From contig JBEWZL010000145.1 of the NCBI GenBank assembly GCA_045837725.1, forward strand, positions 496,001-559,690: a DNA stretch of 63,690 nucleotides, in the 5' to 3' direction. Position 1 is the first letter of the stretch. Each line of letters begins with the position of its first letter. Position numbers and translations under genes: made by a program. Under the pieces are notes generated by a model that saw nothing but the letters and a program-made list of their open reading frames with translations, made no database searches and was not told the DNA's origin. Of the stretch, positions 61,319-63,690 are shown one piece after another. Origin of the DNA: Vermamoeba vermiformis. Taxonomy: Eukaryota.

Positions 61319-63075
61319 ATGCTAATCGATAGCAACCCAGGTAGGCAATCAATTTGTCGTTGGCATTGCTAATTTGTTGTCCAAGTGTACGAGAGTCCTT
61401 TAGTTGACGACCCTGATCTTGCATTGTTGGCTGCCGATGAAACATTCGTGGGTGAGTAACTATAAAAGAGTTGTAATGTAATTAACTTCAATATTATTAC
61501 CTAGATCGCTGGATAGCTTCGCCGAATCCCGAAAGTAAGTAATAGCTAAACAACGGCTGGTATTAATGTTCGTTAGATCAACCTGTAAGCGTCACCGTCG
61601 AGAAGGAAGATCAAGCTACGGAGAAAACTGCTACGAGAAACCGACGAGACAAACGCTTGCGAAAAACATCGACTAGGCGCGTCATATTGCGATCCGACAC
61701 CCGCGACAAAACAAAACGGTCAACTCAGTCTTCGAAGGCGAAAGTGAAGGCGAAAAGCACTTCAGACCAGGATGACTCGTCCCTCTCTTTGCATAAGGCC
61801 TCTTCTGAGACGTACGGTAGTGAGCAGCAATGTTCAAGCCCAGCAACAAGTCCCCGTCCATCATCATTACTCGAATCTGACCCACGTGCATCTGATGCTC
61901 CTAGTGAAGCTCCTGTTATTAGCCCTTCTAGCGCCAGCATACGGAGCTTGCTTGCAGCGAGTAGAAGATCCAGCCCATCCATGTCTGAAGCAGCTGATCA
62001 TGCGAGTAATCGACAATCAACTCCGTCATCACCAACTTTGCGAAGCATTACCAACCGGAGTAATTCCAGTCCCGTGCAACTAGCTGCCCGCACTACGCGA
62101 GAATCACCCACTTCGTCGGCTTTTAGAGAAGAAGCTCCACGTGCTTATAGTGGTGATCAACGATTAATTCCGTCGTCCGCAATACCGCGAAGCAACACAA
62201 ACTATCGCAATCAGGACGGCGCTGCTTCTAGTCCAGTGCAAATGGAGGTTGAGCCTCCAAACTCGCCAGTGGCAAATCATCGGCCTCAAGGAAGAGTTAT
62301 TTCGGTATACGACGACATCGAAGAGCGATCGGCTGAATTTTATGCCTTGGTTGATGAATGGCAAGCGAATGGTCTTCATACAGACTTACCCGACTTCATG
62401 GCATATTCCAAGCTGTCAGACGAGGAAAAGTTCGCATTCTTTAATCATGCAGAACGGTACGAACGATGAAATGTTTGTAAGCTGTTCTAAGTTAACGTTT
62501 TCCACAGAGAGCATCTCGAAGCTGAAGATGAAGTGCCACAGTACAAAGAGAGGTTTTTACGGTCAATTCAACAAAGTTTACAATCTGGAAGCACGAAGTT
62601 GACACTATTTACGCAACATTTGCTGCCAAACGTGCGATTGGTCAAGTCAGAGTCCGACTTTCCTGCCGACTTTGAAAACAGTTTGGATTGGATGCGAAGT
62701 AATGAATATATTGGCCCAAATTACTACTTGACCAAGAATGACGATATGGCTGTTAGTACTGCGTTAGATAACGACTTTATTGGATTTGTTTTTGAAGCTA
62801 TCGACTTCATCAAGATTGCTTTTAAACTGGTTTACTGCCCGAACTTCGCGCCAGACTCGCGGCTTGGTGATTGCAAAATGTCGTATGCGGGCGTGTCGTT
62901 GCACAATGTGCCAAATATTGCGCTTGGGTAAGCGAAAGCTCAATCATTGACTGTATTTACTGACTTAAACATAGTGCAATTGAGAAGAAAATGTCCTTGT
63001 TCGTTGCGTTTCCGTTTTTTAAAGGCGATTGGGCGGTGGCAATACACAATTTTTTTAGCAAGGCTATTTACAAAG
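61319..63075 (+). CDS. Orphan multi-exon protein, Ser-rich N-terminus, apparently truncated at the 3' end
   Basis: ORFs 61657 and 62533 plus exon AIEKKMSLFVAFPFFKGDW..; the donor near 63076 has no evident continuing exon before the repeat block. Confidence 0.55.
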
Positions 63076-63261
63076 GTAAGAGTCAAATTTCGATTAGACT
63101 CAGCTAATAATTCATATATGTAAGTGGGCTTGCCCATATAGGGCTAGCCCTGTCACCCCCCTCAAAAAAATAAAGAATATTCTACCCCGATCATTTTTTA
63201 CTTAAGCAAAATTTTACTTTGGAAAATTATCCACAGGAAAAAAGAAGTCTCACCCTGAGTG

Positions 63262-63592
63262 ACTCTCAAAAAAACAAAGTCCTGCAGGTCGTCTCCACGC
63301 GGAGACGATCTCATAAAAAAACAAAGTCCTAGTAGGTCGTCTCCACGTGGAGACGATCCAAGAAAAAAACAAAGTCCTGCAGGTCGTCTCCACGCGGAGA
63401 CGATCTCATAAGAAACAAACTCCTGCAGGTCGTCTCCACGCGGAGACGATCTCATAAAAAAACAAAGTCCTAGTAGGTCGTCTCCACGCGGAGACGATCC
63501 AAGAAAAAAACAAAGTCCTGTAGGTCGTCTCCACGCGGAGACGATCTCAAAATAATACAATGTCTCGCATCTCGTCTCCGCGCAAAGACGAT
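63262..63592. repeat. Tandem array of 46-48-bp units, each with the palindrome TCGTCTCC-acgc-GGAGACGA
   Basis: Palindrome starts at 63289, 63337, 63384, 63430, 63478 and 63525, with a degenerate copy at 63572; A-tract linkers; 141-bp higher-order period. Confidence 0.95.
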
Positions 63593-63690
63593 TGAAAGCA
63601 GAAATCGTTGGGTTCTTCTGCACGCGAGAAAACACTCTGTTAAATTATTGAAAAAGCTTAATTGCAATTAAAAAACCTACTGAGACGGCA

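Noticed and set aside
63280-63545. Synthetic construct (paired BsmBI CGTCTC/GAGACG sites and SbfI sites)
   Set aside because: Copies diverge and decay at the edges like a natural minisatellite, and there are no vector features.
63262-63592. CRISPR array
   Set aside because: Linkers are near-identical rather than unique spacers, no cas genes are present, and the context is eukaryotic.
63198-63667. Minus-strand ORFs with repeated SSPRGDDL
   Set aside because: These arise from reading through the tandem DNA repeat.
1-63690. Alternative genetic code or widespread pseudogenisation suggested by fragmented ORFs
   Set aside because: Short GT-AG introns explain the fragmentation, and long ORFs end at TAA, TAG and TGA.

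Overview
Gene-dense eukaryotic genomic DNA with many short GT-AG introns (CTAAC/CTAAT-like branch points). The gene content (EGF/Cys-rich receptor TKL kinase, Zn2Cys6 factor, DEP-DH-PH-FYVE GEF) suggests a free-living protist, probably an amoebozoan; this is an inference. Positions 1-49.9 kb hold about 19 host genes: VPS13, an IFI44-like GTPase, a receptor kinase, a RhoGEF, a Zn2Cys6 TF, DnaJ, a dual-specificity phosphatase, an aquaporin, a multi-reader chromatin protein, an O-methyltransferase, a degenerate eEF2 paralog, a Ras-BTB-BTB-Ras-Galpha fusion, a PL15/heparinase II/III-like lyase, a DUF4397-repeat surface protein, an LRR protein and orphans. Positions 49.9-63.7 kb form an accessory, mobile-looking block: a CpG-depleted island with an F-box ORF and decayed genes, a truncated Ginger/TDD-like integrase, orphan spliced genes and arrays of palindromic repeats. 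The best candidates for new biology are: (i) a divergent pair of bacterial-type, signal-peptide plus GPI-like surface genes (polysaccharide lyase + DUF4397/AlgF-like repeats), possibly for grazing on biofilm; (ii) an eEF2 pseudo-GTPase lacking the diphthamide His; (iii) a PCL-like PHD-WH/chromo/4CXXC/PEHE/RAMA chromatin reader; (iv) a triple-GTPase BTB fusion; (v) the hairpin-array-rich mobile block. All domain calls come from motif recognition by eye, with no searches run. Exon boundaries are manual estimates.
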